Shown here one piece after another: positions 9,539-19,689 of a stretch of 64,000 bases of DNA. A program made the position numbers and the translations under genes. Under the pieces are notes generated by a model. It ran no database searches, had not been told where the DNA came from, and was given only the letters and a program-made list of their open reading frames with translations. Each line of letters begins with the position of its first letter. Within the stretch, counting starts at the first letter, position 1. The DNA is from an uncultured delta proteobacterium (GTDB lineage Bacteria > Desulfobacterota > Desulfomonilia > UBA1062): positions 1 to 64,000 of the forward strand of contig CAVVYZ010000008.1 in assembly GCA_963752595.1 (NCBI GenBank), read 5' to 3'.

Positions 9539-10102
9539 ATGAAGAGTATGAAGTGGACAGTAGTGTCTCTTATCTGCCTGCTGGCAGCGTTTGCTGCAGT
9601 GAGCGGAACCGCGCTGGCTTTGACACCTTCGACTGGTGACAAAGTACTGGATGCCCGGCTGGATGCGATCAATGACTATGCCGCAAACGACCGGGAAGCA
9701 TTTGTTGCCGGGGTGTGCAAAACGTACAACATGGACCAGACAAAAGTGGAAGGAATGCTCGATCAGGGAATGACCCCTGCCGACGTCTACATGGCGCTGA
9801 GGATTGCGGTGGTAACCGGCCAGTCTCCGGAAGCAGTTGAAAAGGCATACTTGAGCAACCCGGGAAAAGGCTGGGGAGTCATTGCCAAGAGCCTGGGCAT
9901 CAAACCGGGTTCGAAAGAATTCAAATCCCTGAAAGACGGCACGGAATCCATCACGGGCAAAGAGAAAAATGCCGCAGAGGGCAAAACATCAGGCAAGCAA
10001 TCCGGCAAGAATAAAGATAAGGGATCTGATAACTCCGGGGGTTCCGACCATGGAGGCGGCTCATCCAGCGGGCATGGCGGTGGAGGCGGTAAGGGAAAGT
10101 AA
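9539..10102 (+). CDS. Secreted hypothetical protein with GKGWGVIAKSLGIKPGS motif and K/G/S-rich tail
   Basis: SD GGAGG before ATG 9539, hydrophobic signal peptide ending ALA, low-complexity C-terminus. Confidence 0.75.
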   Translation: MKSMKWTVVSLICLLAAFAAVSGTALALTPSTGDKVLDARLDAINDYAANDREAFVAGVCKTYNMDQTKVEGMLDQGMTPADVYMALRIAVVTGQSPEAVEKAYLSNPGKGWGVIAKSLGIKPGSKEFKSLKDGTESITGKEKNAAEGKTSGKQSGKNKDKGSDNSGGSDHGGGSSSGHGGGGGKGK

Positions 10103-10104
10103 CT

Positions 10105-10332
10105 TCACCTCTTCCTCCCTGCCTTCAGCATCGCCTCGAGTGCACGTTGATCAGGCCCGAGAAAGGTTGTTATGACCTTCAGTTCAGGAGCAGCTTTGAT
10201 GATCCGATGGAGGCTCCCGATGTGGTCCTGGTCGTTATGGGTAAGCCACAGCCACCACAGATCGCCAAGGTCAATCACCGAGGACAGTTGATCCATGAAT
10301 TCATCACTGAGCGCCCACAACCCCGTATCTAC
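10105..10332 (-). pseudogene. Remnant of an MBL-fold (FprA-like) metallohydrolase
   Basis: VDTG..WLWLTHNDQDHIGSL (HxDxDH) joined to a short C-terminus-like PDQRALEAML; only ~75 codons. Confidence 0.65.
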
Positions 10333-10440
10333 CTTAAGTACTTTACTATTACAGATTTTCTTTACCCGATGCCGCGTGGGTGGTAAGGGATTCGGCAGGT
10401 ATCCGGGGTTTAAACGATGTCATGAGGCCAGGACATTCTT

Positions 10441-11043
10441 ATGTATGAAACAATGCACCTCTTCATCAGCATATATATCAAGCTCTTTTTCCTGCTGACG
10501 CCCTTCTTCGTCCTCTCCGTGTTTCTCTCCCTCACCCAGGATATTTCAGCTGCCGAGCGCCACAAGGTGGCTGCATGGCTTACCTTTGACATTATCCTTA
10601 TCAGCTTTATCCTGTATTTCCTGGGCAATGCCATTTTTTCGGTCTTCGGGATCACTTTGGATTCCTTCCGTATCGGGGCAGGCGCATTGCTTTTCCTTTC
10701 TGCCGTTGACCTCGTGCGGGGCTACGATGCCCCCGTGCAGCCGGAGGATCCGGGCAGCATTACGGTCGTACCCCTTGCCATCCCCATTACCGTAGGTCCT
10801 GCAACCACAGGCGCCCTGCTCGTCATGGGGGCGGAAGTCACGAATGTATGGGAAAAAATCATCGGATGCTCCGCCCTGTTCGCAGCTGTGCTCTCGGTGG
10901 GCGTCCTCCTGTTTCTTGCCACCCCCATCAAGAAACTCATCGGCTGTACCGGGTTGAGGATTTTAAGCAAGCTGACAGGCCTTGTCCTGTCCGCCCTGGC
11001 AGCCCAGATCGTTTTTACCGGAATAAAACACTTTCTGGCGTGA
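10441..11043 (+). CDS. MarC family membrane protein
   Basis: FGITLDSFRIGAG, VVPLAIPITVGPA, LSKLTGLVLSALA; about six TM segments. Confidence 0.9.
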   Translation: MYETMHLFISIYIKLFFLLTPFFVLSVFLSLTQDISAAERHKVAAWLTFDIILISFILYFLGNAIFSVFGITLDSFRIGAGALLFLSAVDLVRGYDAPVQPEDPGSITVVPLAIPITVGPATTGALLVMGAEVTNVWEKIIGCSALFAAVLSVGVLLFLATPIKKLIGCTGLRILSKLTGLVLSALAAQIVFTGIKHFLA

Positions 11044-11197
11044 GGATCGGGACCTTTAAGGGAGTCAAACCCGGAGTGGTGCGGTTGCAAGGAGCAGAAT
11101 CGGGTCCGCATCTTTTTCTTGTCAAGAGATTTTCATCTCACAGCCATTTGGCCGGATAAGGCAGCTTCGGTGTCGGTCAAAGTATCATGATACGTCC

Positions 11198-12100
11198 CTA
11201 CAGATCCGTGTACCTGGGTGTAATTCTCTTCCTCGCTATTGTCTTTACATATTTCTCATCCGGCCAGCCTATGGCCATAATGCAATGAATCGTCTCTCCC
11301 GGTAGAAGGCTGACCGCCCTGGCGATTGTTCGGCTGGAATTTACGGCCTGGACGGCATAGCCGATCAGACAGCTGCCGAGTCCCATGGCATGCGCTGCCA
11401 GGCGGATATTCTGTGCAGCCAGCAGGGCATCCTCCTTCGGGCATCTCGATGCTTCAGCGGCACCCACCATCAGCGCGCTCGGCGCCCCATGGAAGACAAC
11501 GTCCTTACCGGATTTATCCCAGTCTGCAAGCCGCTTTTCCATTATTTCATGGTATCTTGTATAATAATCTTGGAGTTTCTTCTGTCCCAGCACGTACAAT
11601 ACCGTACGTAAGAATCTGCTTTCCGAGAGGGCATTGATTCTACGAAAATACCTGACAGTATGTGCAGCAAGGGCCTCAACCTGCTTTCTGTCCGGCAGGA
11701 TCGTGAAGGTCCATTCCTGGCTGTTGGATCCCGAGGGGGCGGTAGTTCCGATCGTGACCAGATCCTCGAGGATCTCTTTTGCTACGGGATTAAGCGAATA
11801 TCTGCGGCAGGACCGAAGCGAAGACAAAAGCCGGACGATTTCAGCGGTATCCAAGCCCCCGTGCTCGATCCAATCTTCATTCACCTTATATGTTTTTGCC
11901 GTGAGCCGGTCCAGCGAGGTAACATTGATCGCCCCTACGGGGCATGCAGCCATGCAATGTCCGCAGTTCAGCGAGCTCTTGCCGGTTACCCGCGCCTTTC
12001 CGTCCACCAGGGAAAGCGTTTCATAGGGACACACCCGGATGCACGACCCGCATCCAATGCACTTTTCACTATCGATGACCGTGTGTACGGCAAGCTCCAT
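11198..12100 (-). CDS. Nitroreductase family protein with N-terminal 2x[4Fe-4S] ferredoxin domain
   Basis: CIGCGSCIRVCP, (S)LNCGHCMAACP (first Cys of the second cluster reads Ser), RSCRRY, APSGSNSQEW, GLGSCLIG. Confidence 0.88.
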   Translation of the reverse strand: MELAVHTVIDSEKCIGCGSCIRVCPYETLSLVDGKARVTGKSSLNCGHCMAACPVGAINVTSLDRLTAKTYKVNEDWIEHGGLDTAEIVRLLSSLRSCRRYSLNPVAKEILEDLVTIGTTAPSGSNSQEWTFTILPDRKQVEALAAHTVRYFRRINALSESRFLRTVLYVLGQKKLQDYYTRYHEIMEKRLADWDKSGKDVVFHGAPSALMVGAAEASRCPKEDALLAAQNIRLAAHAMGLGSCLIGYAVQAVNSSRTIARAVSLLPGETIHCIMAIGWPDEKYVKTIARKRITPRYTDL

Positions 12101-12218
12101 CTCCTTCTCCTTATCGGGAAATGATCATACCAGCAGTCTCATTCTTGTGAAAGGGGGAGCAGGATTCAATACTCGATGACGCTGATGATTTTAGAGACCG
12201 GGTCAAGCCATAAGCTTC

Positions 12219-12833
12219 TTACTTGAAGGAAAATGACCTTACTCCGATACTTTTCTGGACCCGCCCCATGAGATGGAATAGACCGGCCACAGGGCTGAAT
12301 TCGAATCCGAGCAGGCTCCAGGCAATGAACTCCATGACGAAACCGGTTTCCTTGACCGTGTCCATATAGGCAAACCGGGTTCTCGCAGGCCATGCGCTCA
12401 TGTCCCCCTTCACCCAGACCGGATAGCCTGCCTGCGACAGAATAGAAGCCCAGACATCGACATCCCGCACGAGGAATCCCAGGTGCTGGACAACGGCCCG
12501 GCCTCCGCGCTCGACGCACTGCCGGTAGAAATCAGATCCGATGCCCGGCTCCAGGAGCTCGATCTCGAGGCCCTGGTGGTACGCGATCCCCATCTTGCCG
12601 GTGAAGCTCTTCGGCTCGTTCCGTTCATGCCACGAATCGACACTCCCTCCCACGATGAAGAAGGGTCCGATCCCCTTGTCTTCGAGCTCGCGCGATGCCC
12701 TCTCGACATCGGGGACCACGAGGCCGAGCTGATGGAGCCCGGGCAGTGCAAACCTCTTCCTGAAATCGCTGCCGAGCGCATTTGCTGCCGATCCAAAGTC
12801 TGTAGTCTGCATCAGTTCATCAAAATAAATCAT
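12219..12833 (-). CDS. VOC (glyoxalase/methylmalonyl-CoA epimerase-like) family protein
   Basis: HQLGLVVPD, IELLEP, QHLGFLV, FAYMDT..GFVMEF metal-ligand pattern. Confidence 0.8.
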   Translation of the reverse strand: MIYFDELMQTTDFGSAANALGSDFRKRFALPGLHQLGLVVPDVERASRELEDKGIGPFFIVGGSVDSWHERNEPKSFTGKMGIAYHQGLEIELLEPGIGSDFYRQCVERGGRAVVQHLGFLVRDVDVWASILSQAGYPVWVKGDMSAWPARTRFAYMDTVKETGFVMEFIAWSLLGFEFSPVAGLFHLMGRVQKSIGVRSFSFK

Positions 12834-12867
12834 ATTCCCCCCCGGAAAGGATCCTCACATGATGAGG

Positions 12868-14079
12868 CTAAAACCGTATCGCGGTTTTTATCGCCTTGTT
12901 CGGACCCTTGCTCATGTTGACCTGGATAAGTTCCTTGTATTGTTCGATGGGAAAGGTGTGGGTGAGCATGTCTTCCACATGGAGCTTTTTCCTGTCCATG
13001 AGGTCGAGAGCGATCTCGAAGGCGTGTCTGCGACCATTTTCCGTATCGTTGTAGCCATAGCCGTAACAGCCCTTTATGGTCTGGAGCTTGAGCCACAAAG
13101 GCGTGGGATCGAAGGTCACCTTATTGCCGATCCCCACCAGGCTTATCGTCCCGCCTGCGGCAGTCACGATCAGCGCGGTCTGGAGGGTAGGGGAGTGCCC
13201 GACGGTATCGAACACCCGGTCGAACCCGCCCTGAACGATACGCCCGCCGATCATGGGCTTGTAGGCCTTGGCGCCGGTGATCTTCTCCGCAGCCTCGATG
13301 ATATTCCCCCGGACTACGTGATCGGCGCCCGAGCGTTTGACATACTCGCCGCTGAAGACCGAGGGCTCTGCCACGGTTATGGAACAGCCGATGTTTAAGC
13401 CCCGTATGGACTTGACGATCATGGCCCCGATCACGCCGCCGCCGATGACAAGGACCCTGTCACTGCCACCCGGCTTGTTGTCCAGTACTGCCTGGAGACC
13501 GACAGCGAGAGGCTCGGTGAGCACTGCAGATTCGGGGCTTACCCCGTCCGGCACCCGATAGACCTGGCTTTTGTGCACTACCATGTATTCTGCGAACCCG
13601 CCGCCGATATCCTTGCAGATTCCGGTGAACATGCCGGGTGCGAACCCTCCTTCGGCATATTTTTCACAGCTGCCCGGACGTCCTGCGGCACAGGCAGGGC
13701 ATTCCGGTGATATCCCACGGGCTGAGCAAGGCAAGCCCGGGTTGACGGTCACCCGGTCGCCTGCTGCACAGGTATCCACGCGGGTGCCGGTCTGCGTCAC
13801 CTCGCCGAAGATCTCGTGTCCGAAAACGCAGGGGAAAGAGGTAAAGGGGGAGGCCATGGGCGAGTCCTTTACCTGAAGGAGGTTCAGGTCGCTCCCGCAG
13901 AAACCGCAGAGCTTCATCCTGATCTTTACCCAGTCCTGGTTGGGCAGCGTCGGCTCGGGGACATCGGAGAGCTTGACCGTGGAAAACGGGCCCTCGTAAA
14001 AAAACTTCCTGTCCATCCTCCCGACTACCTGCAAAGCAAGATAGTTGGGCACGGTTATGTTGAACATCAGGGCCTTCAT
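12868..14079 (-). CDS. Zinc-binding medium-chain alcohol dehydrogenase
   Basis: CGSD, GHE, four-Cys structural Zn site, EPLAV, GGGVIG. Confidence 0.9.
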   Translation of the reverse strand: MKALMFNITVPNYLALQVVGRMDRKFFYEGPFSTVKLSDVPEPTLPNQDWVKIRMKLCGFCGSDLNLLQVKDSPMASPFTSFPCVFGHEIFGEVTQTGTRVDTCAAGDRVTVNPGLPCSARGISPECPACAAGRPGSCEKYAEGGFAPGMFTGICKDIGGGFAEYMVVHKSQVYRVPDGVSPESAVLTEPLAVGLQAVLDNKPGGSDRVLVIGGGVIGAMIVKSIRGLNIGCSITVAEPSVFSGEYVKRSGADHVVRGNIIEAAEKITGAKAYKPMIGGRIVQGGFDRVFDTVGHSPTLQTALIVTAAGGTISLVGIGNKVTFDPTPLWLKLQTIKGCYGYGYNDTENGRRHAFEIALDLMDRKKLHVEDMLTHTFPIEQYKELIQVNMSKGPNKAIKTAIRF

Positions 14080-14083
14080 GTCG

Positions 14084-15758
14084 TCACTCCATCTTCAGCG
14101 ACTGGTAGAAAAGCGGCGTTGCCGGACTCGTCACCGTGGGGTCGGTAATGACATTGATACAGGCCGGCTTGCCTGACTCGAAGGCCCGCTTCAGTGCGGG
14201 GATGATTTCCTCGTCCCTGGTGACGAGCTCGCCGTATCCGCCCAGGCCCTCCACCATCTTCTCGTACGGCCGGACGCCGAGCTCGCAGCACTGCAGCCGT
14301 GCAGGTCCGATGGAGAGCTCCTGGCTGTGCTTGATCATGCCCCAGGCCTGGTCATTGTTCACTACGCACACCACCGGGATGTTATGCCGGACCATGGTGT
14401 CGAACTCCATGGAATTGAACCCGAAAGACCCGTCGCCGTTGAACAGGACGACCTTCTTGTCCGGCCGGGCCAGCTTGGCGGCCATGGCAAAGGGGATGCC
14501 CGTGCCCAGGCAGCCGAGAAGGCCTGCTGCCGTGGCCATGACCCCGGCCTTTTCCCTGGACTTGAATCCGGTGAGGCCGAAATACTGGGTATCGCCGCCG
14601 TCGATGACATAATCGGCGTCATCCCCTACAAATTTTTGGATCTGGGCCACCAGCCGGATGGGGTGTATGGGATTGGAAGGCGATTCCCTCAGCTTGAGCT
14701 CGGTACCGAGGAAGGCATTGCTTGCGGCACGGAGGGTCTTTACCCAGGTACTGTGGTCGCTCCTTTGAATGAGCGGGAGAAGCTGGCTGAGCACCGATGA
14801 AGCGTCACCCACCAGGCCCGCGTCGGCAACCCTGTTCCGGTCGATCTCGTGCGGGTCGATGTCGATGCGGACGACCTTGGTTCCGGGAGGAATGATCGCC
14901 CCGGACTGGAGGAGCCAGTTGAACCGGAATCCTGCGGCAACGATCACATCCGCCTGGGTTATACCCAGCTGGATGCCTACGTTGCCGATATCCCACAGGG
15001 ACAAGGGGTGGTTGTCGGGAAGTTCTCCCCTCCCGTAATTCAGGAGAATGAAGGGGATGCCCGATCTGTCGACGAACTGGCTCAGAGCCGTGCTGCAGCC
15101 GCTTAGGCCAACCCCGCTGCCGCCGATGAACAGGGGCTTCTTCGCAGCATTGATGATCTCGGCTGCCTGATTTCAGATCCCGGTCATCCGGGTGTACCGT
15201 ATATTTCCGTGTCATGCGCGTTGCCATGGCTACTTTGTCCAAGGGCACCTTGATGTTCAGGATATCGGGCGGAAGTTCGAGGAAGACCGGGCCGGGCCTT
15301 CCCTCTACGGCATGCCGGAAGGCCATGGCAAGATATTCGGGGATCCGCTTGGTTTCATAGCAGGTGGCTGCCCATTTGGTGATGGGCTTGACCACATCCA
15401 TCTGGTTCATCTCCTGGAGCGCGCCTTTAAGGTCATCCCGCAATGGGTGCTTGCCGCACAGTACCACCAGGGGCGCATTGTCCAGATAAGCATTTGCGAT
15501 GCCGGTAACGGCATTGGTGAAACCCGGGCCTGCAGTCACGAGACAGACGCCGGGCCTGCCCGTGTAGATCGACTGGCATGGGCCATCATGGCCGCGGCCT
15601 GCTCGTGGCGGACGTCGATGGTGCGGATCCGGTACTCGGTGAAGCTGTCCAGGATTGCCTCGATATGACCGCCGGATATGCAGAATACGGTATCGACCTT
15701 CTCAATTTCCTTCAGAGTATTTCCCAACCAGGTGGCCGCCCAGAATCTGTGTCATCAT
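14084..15758 (-). CDS. Thiamine-diphosphate enzyme (acetolactate synthase-like / 2-hydroxyacyl-CoA lyase-like), frameshifted
   Basis: Pieces 15536..15727 (RHEQAA), 14805..15539 (TAGPGFTN, GPVFLELP) and 14084..15004 (GDGSFGF..NND TPP motif); ATG at 15758 with SD. Confidence 0.85.
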
Positions 15759-15829
15759 ATGCATCCCCCTCAATGGATTTTTATACGGCTCATGTCCTCT
15801 CTGAAACGGACGGTGCGTAAAGAAGCCGT

Positions 15830-16186
15830 CTACATGGTGAGCTTGACCCCGTCGTTGAACCACTGGATATAGTACGCCATGCCCTCTACCTTCAATTTCC
15901 CGTCTGCAGCTGCCTGGAACGTAGCTTCGTCACTGCCCTGGATCATGACACGGAAGCCGGTGCCCGAATCCGACCAGACGAGCGCAGCATCGCAGGGATG
16001 GTTGGCTCCGCTTATGGAAGAAACCCTGCCCTTATCAAAAATGAAAAGTCTTCCCCATCTGCCGTTTGCGGTCTTAATAAGGATATTAAGCTTGACTGTG
16101 CCGATGTAGTTCCGGAAGGCCTTGTTCATCCTTGCAGCAGCCTGAAGCTTTAAGGATAAAACGAAGAGAAGCAGCGACAATCTCAT
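15830..16186 (-). CDS. Small SCP2 (sterol-carrier)-like protein
   Basis: ~118 aa with an FQAAADGKLKVEG motif resembling SCP2 C-termini; SD GAGGGG. Confidence 0.55.
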   Translation of the reverse strand: MRLSLLLFVLSLKLQAAARMNKAFRNYIGTVKLNILIKTANGRWGRLFIFDKGRVSSISGANHPCDAALVWSDSGTGFRVMIQGSDEATFQAAADGKLKVEGMAYYIQWFNDGVKLTM

Positions 16187-16271
16187 ACATACCCCCTCTG
16201 TAACAGTTTGGTAGGAACGGAGACGCTGATCAGGGGCAGCACTGCGAGACAAGATTTATCAGTTCTCGCTG

Positions 16272-17255
16272 TCAGCTCTGACCATAGGTCTCTTTTACCC
16301 AGGCCCCTATCTTCTGCATTGCCTCGGGATAGGTGACCCTTGTCTTCCAGCCCAGCTCTGCCTTTGCCAATGTATTGTCGACATCGTTATTCCTGCCCGC
16401 GATGTCCACGGACATGCGTGAAACTGGCGGCCGGATATGCCCAGCGGGGTGCAGACGAGGTCGCACACTGCCCCCAGCATCCGCGCAGGACGGTAAGGCA
16501 GGCTCCCGAAAGGCTTCTTCCCGATGAACGCCCCGAGATCGCTGATGTACTGCTTCCATGTCACATCCCAGTCATCCCTTAAGTGATAGGTCTTGCCCTT
16601 GCCGATATCCGATGCCGCTGCCAGGATTATTCCAGTCCACGAGGTTGTCCACATAAATGAAGCTCGAGCTGTGCCGGCCGCCGTCAATGAGCGGCATGGG
16701 CATGGCCTTCATCTTTTCGACGATATCGCGCACCCAGACGCTTCCCGGCCCGGTCACATTGGAAGGGCGGATGATGGTGCATGCAATGTTGCCTGCCTCG
16801 TGATGGCTCATGACGAGCATTTCCGTGTCGAGCTTGGCATCGTTGTAGGGGATACCGGTCTTGAATGCAGGGTCCGTCTCCCTGATGCCTTTCATATGGC
16901 GGCCCAATCCGATTGCCGCAATGGAGCTTATATATACGAATCTCCTCGCATTTCCTGCCGCCTCATCGATGAGATGCATCGTAGCGTCATAAATGGCACG
17001 GTAAAACTGCTCTCTCGTGCCCCAGTCTGTCACACGCCCGGCAAGGTGGAATACCGTATCGATACCGTCGCAGACCCCATGCAGAGACGCTCTTTCAAGC
17101 AGGTCGCCATAGCGGATCTCAATGCCGAGCTTTTCCAGCGCGCCCGTATTCTCGCCGGGAAGGACCAGCGCCCTGACCTGGTATCCCTGCCTGATGAGCT
17201 CCCTGGTAAGGACCGTTCCGATAAAGCCTGTTGCACCGGTAACGAATGCTTTCAC
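16272..17255 (-). CDS. Extended SDR, NAD-dependent epimerase/dehydratase (3-beta-HSD-like), frameshifted
   Basis: VTGATGFIG, FHLAG, YNDAK (YxxxK), IIRP, YVDNLV; C-terminal KAELGW in later frames. Confidence 0.85.
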
Positions 17256-17281
17256 CTCAACACCTCCTACAAGATCATATC

Positions 17282-17362
17282 AATATGAGTTTAAGCTCAT
17301 ATTAAAATATATAAGAAAAATAACGGTTGTTGTCAAGGTAAACATGAGCACTCCCTCACATT
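17282..17362. promoter_or_regulatory. Two TetR-type operators flanking a minus-strand sigma70 promoter
   Basis: AATATGAG-N6-CTCATATT (17282-17303, perfect arms) and AACATGAG-N6-CTCACATT (17341-17362); minus-strand TTGACA (17336-17331)-N17-TATATA; plus-strand TTGACA at 17368. Confidence 0.75.
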
Positions 17363-17480
17363 TATGATTGACACATGCTTTCACGGGTATTAATTCATCT
17401 TGTGAGACTCTTGCTGAGTTCACTGTGTACTGATGAAAAAAGATCCTGCAAAGAGATCGGATCATCCGAGGGGAGCTGTA

Positions 17481-18077
17481 ATGCGCGTTCGTATTCCCAG
17501 GCAGAAACGGAGCATGGAACGAAAGATGAGGGTGATGGAAGCCGCCCGTGATTTATTTGCCGGGAAGGGGCTGAACGGCACCAGCTCGAACGAGATCGCC
17601 AGGGAGGCAGGTGTTTCCATCGGCACGTTCTACAACTATTTCGAGAATAAACGGATGCTCTTTCTCGAAATTCTTAAAAATCATCTCGAGACTTTTGTCA
17701 CCGACATCTATACACTGAAAACCGATGATTCGATTTCCTTGAAGGACAACATCAGGGAGCATATACAAAAGGCCTTCGCGGTATTCGACCGCCATGCTTC
17801 TTTCCACAAGGAAGCCCTTGTCCTGAAATTCTCGGACCCGGACGTAAAAAAACTCTTCGATGAGGTCGAGCAGGAGCAGCTCCTCATCATCAGCGAGCTC
17901 GTCAGGCCCTATTGCAAAAAGAAAGACCCTAAAGATTTAAGGGAAGTATCCAAGGTCATGCACAGCGCAGTGGAAAACATCGCCCATTCCGTGAAGTTCC
18001 TCGATTCCCCCCTGAATACCGAGCGCCTTATCGATGAGCTCACCGAGATGATCTATCAGTATGTGAACAGCTTTTAG
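17481..18077 (+). CDS. TetR/AcrR family transcriptional regulator
   Basis: PRQKRS N-terminus, EIAREAGVSIGTFYNYFENK HTH; divergent from the operon. Confidence 0.92.
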   Translation: MRVRIPRQKRSMERKMRVMEAARDLFAGKGLNGTSSNEIAREAGVSIGTFYNYFENKRMLFLEILKNHLETFVTDIYTLKTDDSISLKDNIREHIQKAFAVFDRHASFHKEALVLKFSDPDVKKLFDEVEQEQLLIISELVRPYCKKKDPKDLREVSKVMHSAVENIAHSVKFLDSPLNTERLIDELTEMIYQYVNSF

Positions 18078-18178
18078 AAGGCCGACGTTCGTCTGAATGG
18101 AATACTTTTGCGAATAAGAGTACCTCTAAACTTCCGAATCCGTCGGTCTTCTATGCATGGTAACCAGCGCCTGGAGGC

Positions 18179-18931
18179 TTAAAACATCACTTCCAGGAAG
18201 CTGCCGACAGCTACATCCGGGCTGTCATCGTAAAGACCGAAAGAGATATACGGGGCAATCCGCAGATTGCGGCCGGCCATGATGCTGCCGCCCACGACCA
18301 GATCGAGTGTGTTGCGGGTCCCCTTTTGCGCATCTTCACCGACGAGCTCGATATTGAGGTCGAACTGATTGTTCACGGGCAGGCCGTATCCGATGCCGAA
18401 GTTGAAATAGCTGTTGTTGTCGAAATCACCTCCCTGCACCCGATAGCCGAACTGGCCGTAGAGCAGGCCCGAAGCTATCTTCCGCTGCATGGGGACATTC
18501 ACGAAAAGATCGAGGCCGTCATTGGCATACGGTGCGATATCGTCGTCACCCAGAAAGGTCGCTCCCGCCTGCAGGGCAATGGAGTCATTCACAGCCAGTT
18601 TGCCGAAGAGAGTCAGGCCTTCCAGTCCCGATTCGTCGGGAGCACCCGTATCTTCATCGGAATTGTCGCTGAAGGCGATAAAACCGCCAACCTCGGCTGA
18701 GTCACCTACGCCGTAGCGTATCCCAAACGGTGCAAAGCGCACGTTGTCATACTCAAGCCCTGCAATTTCCCGGTCGTCTTCAAGCGCCAGGCCCACATCC
18801 AGGGCTGCCCGGCCGGAAGGCAGCACGCTGACCCGTTCTATCTTCAGCGGCTGAACCTCTGCCAGAGCGGACGACCAACCTATCGCTGTCAGGGCCGCAC
18901 TCACCATTACACCGATAATAAGCTTTTGCAT
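18179..18931 (-). CDS. Exported hypothetical protein, probable outer-membrane beta-barrel
   Basis: Signal peptide (ALA-E), alternating beta-strand pattern with Asp-rich loops, terminal Phe; SD AGGAGG. Confidence 0.6.
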   Translation of the reverse strand: MQKLIIGVMVSAALTAIGWSSALAEVQPLKIERVSVLPSGRAALDVGLALEDDREIAGLEYDNVRFAPFGIRYGVGDSAEVGGFIAFSDNSDEDTGAPDESGLEGLTLFGKLAVNDSIALQAGATFLGDDDIAPYANDGLDLFVNVPMQRKIASGLLYGQFGYRVQGGDFDNNSYFNFGIGYGLPVNNQFDLNIELVGEDAQKGTRNTLDLVVGGSIMAGRNLRIAPYISFGLYDDSPDVAVGSFLEVMF

Positions 18932-19116
18932 TTTATATTCCTCCTCCTATGTAAATAAACATACTGTGTTTTTATACGGCGGCCGGCATCGAGCAAGGCT
19001 TTTATCAAGGGGATCTTTTTGCCATGCGGACGCTTTTCGTCGGCACTGGGCACATGTATTACCTTAAAACAAGTAATAATGATTTTATGGTGTGATCTCA
19101 AGTGTTTCTTTGATTT

Positions 19117-19659
19117 TTAGTGCTCTTTCCCCAGTTTCCTTCTCGCCTTCCTGTACTGTGCGTCAATGATCCATCTCACCAGCCAGGGGAGATGCCTGTT
19201 GATCCTCCACACAAACCCTGCATCCCCGGGAAAAATTCCATATTTCCCCTTGATTATCCCTTCCACGAATATCTGTGCAACCTTCCTCGCGCTCAGCAGC
19301 TTTACCTTTTCCGACATAAGCGCACATTCTCCCGGCTTCGTCCGGTTCTCCATCTCGAAACCCGGAGTATCCGTTTCCGGCGGGTACAGCACCGAAAAAT
19401 GTATATTGTACGGCTTCAGCTCGTTCCGCAGGACTTCCGTGAAACCGACGATAGCAGACTGGGAGCTATCACGCGTCAAATCCCTTATCTCACGGGCGGC
19501 ATCTACCAGGGACTCCATATGCCTTGCAATGATGCATACGCTCCCACCAAGGAGTACGATTTCCCTGGCTCTCTCCTTCCCGATCCCCTTCGACCCGCCG
19601 CAGACCACGGCTGAGGTATTCTTCAGGGGCTGCCTTTTAGGATTATCTTGTTTTGCCAT
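19117..19659 (-). pseudogene. Classical SDR (3-ketosphinganine reductase-like) with an in-frame internal deletion
   Basis: CGGSKGIG and the C-terminal LYPPETDTPGFEMEN motif are present; the NAG, Ser and YxxxK core is missing (join near 19458). Confidence 0.7.
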
Positions 19660-19689
19660 ACCTTCCTCATTTTACGGTAAAAACTGCTG

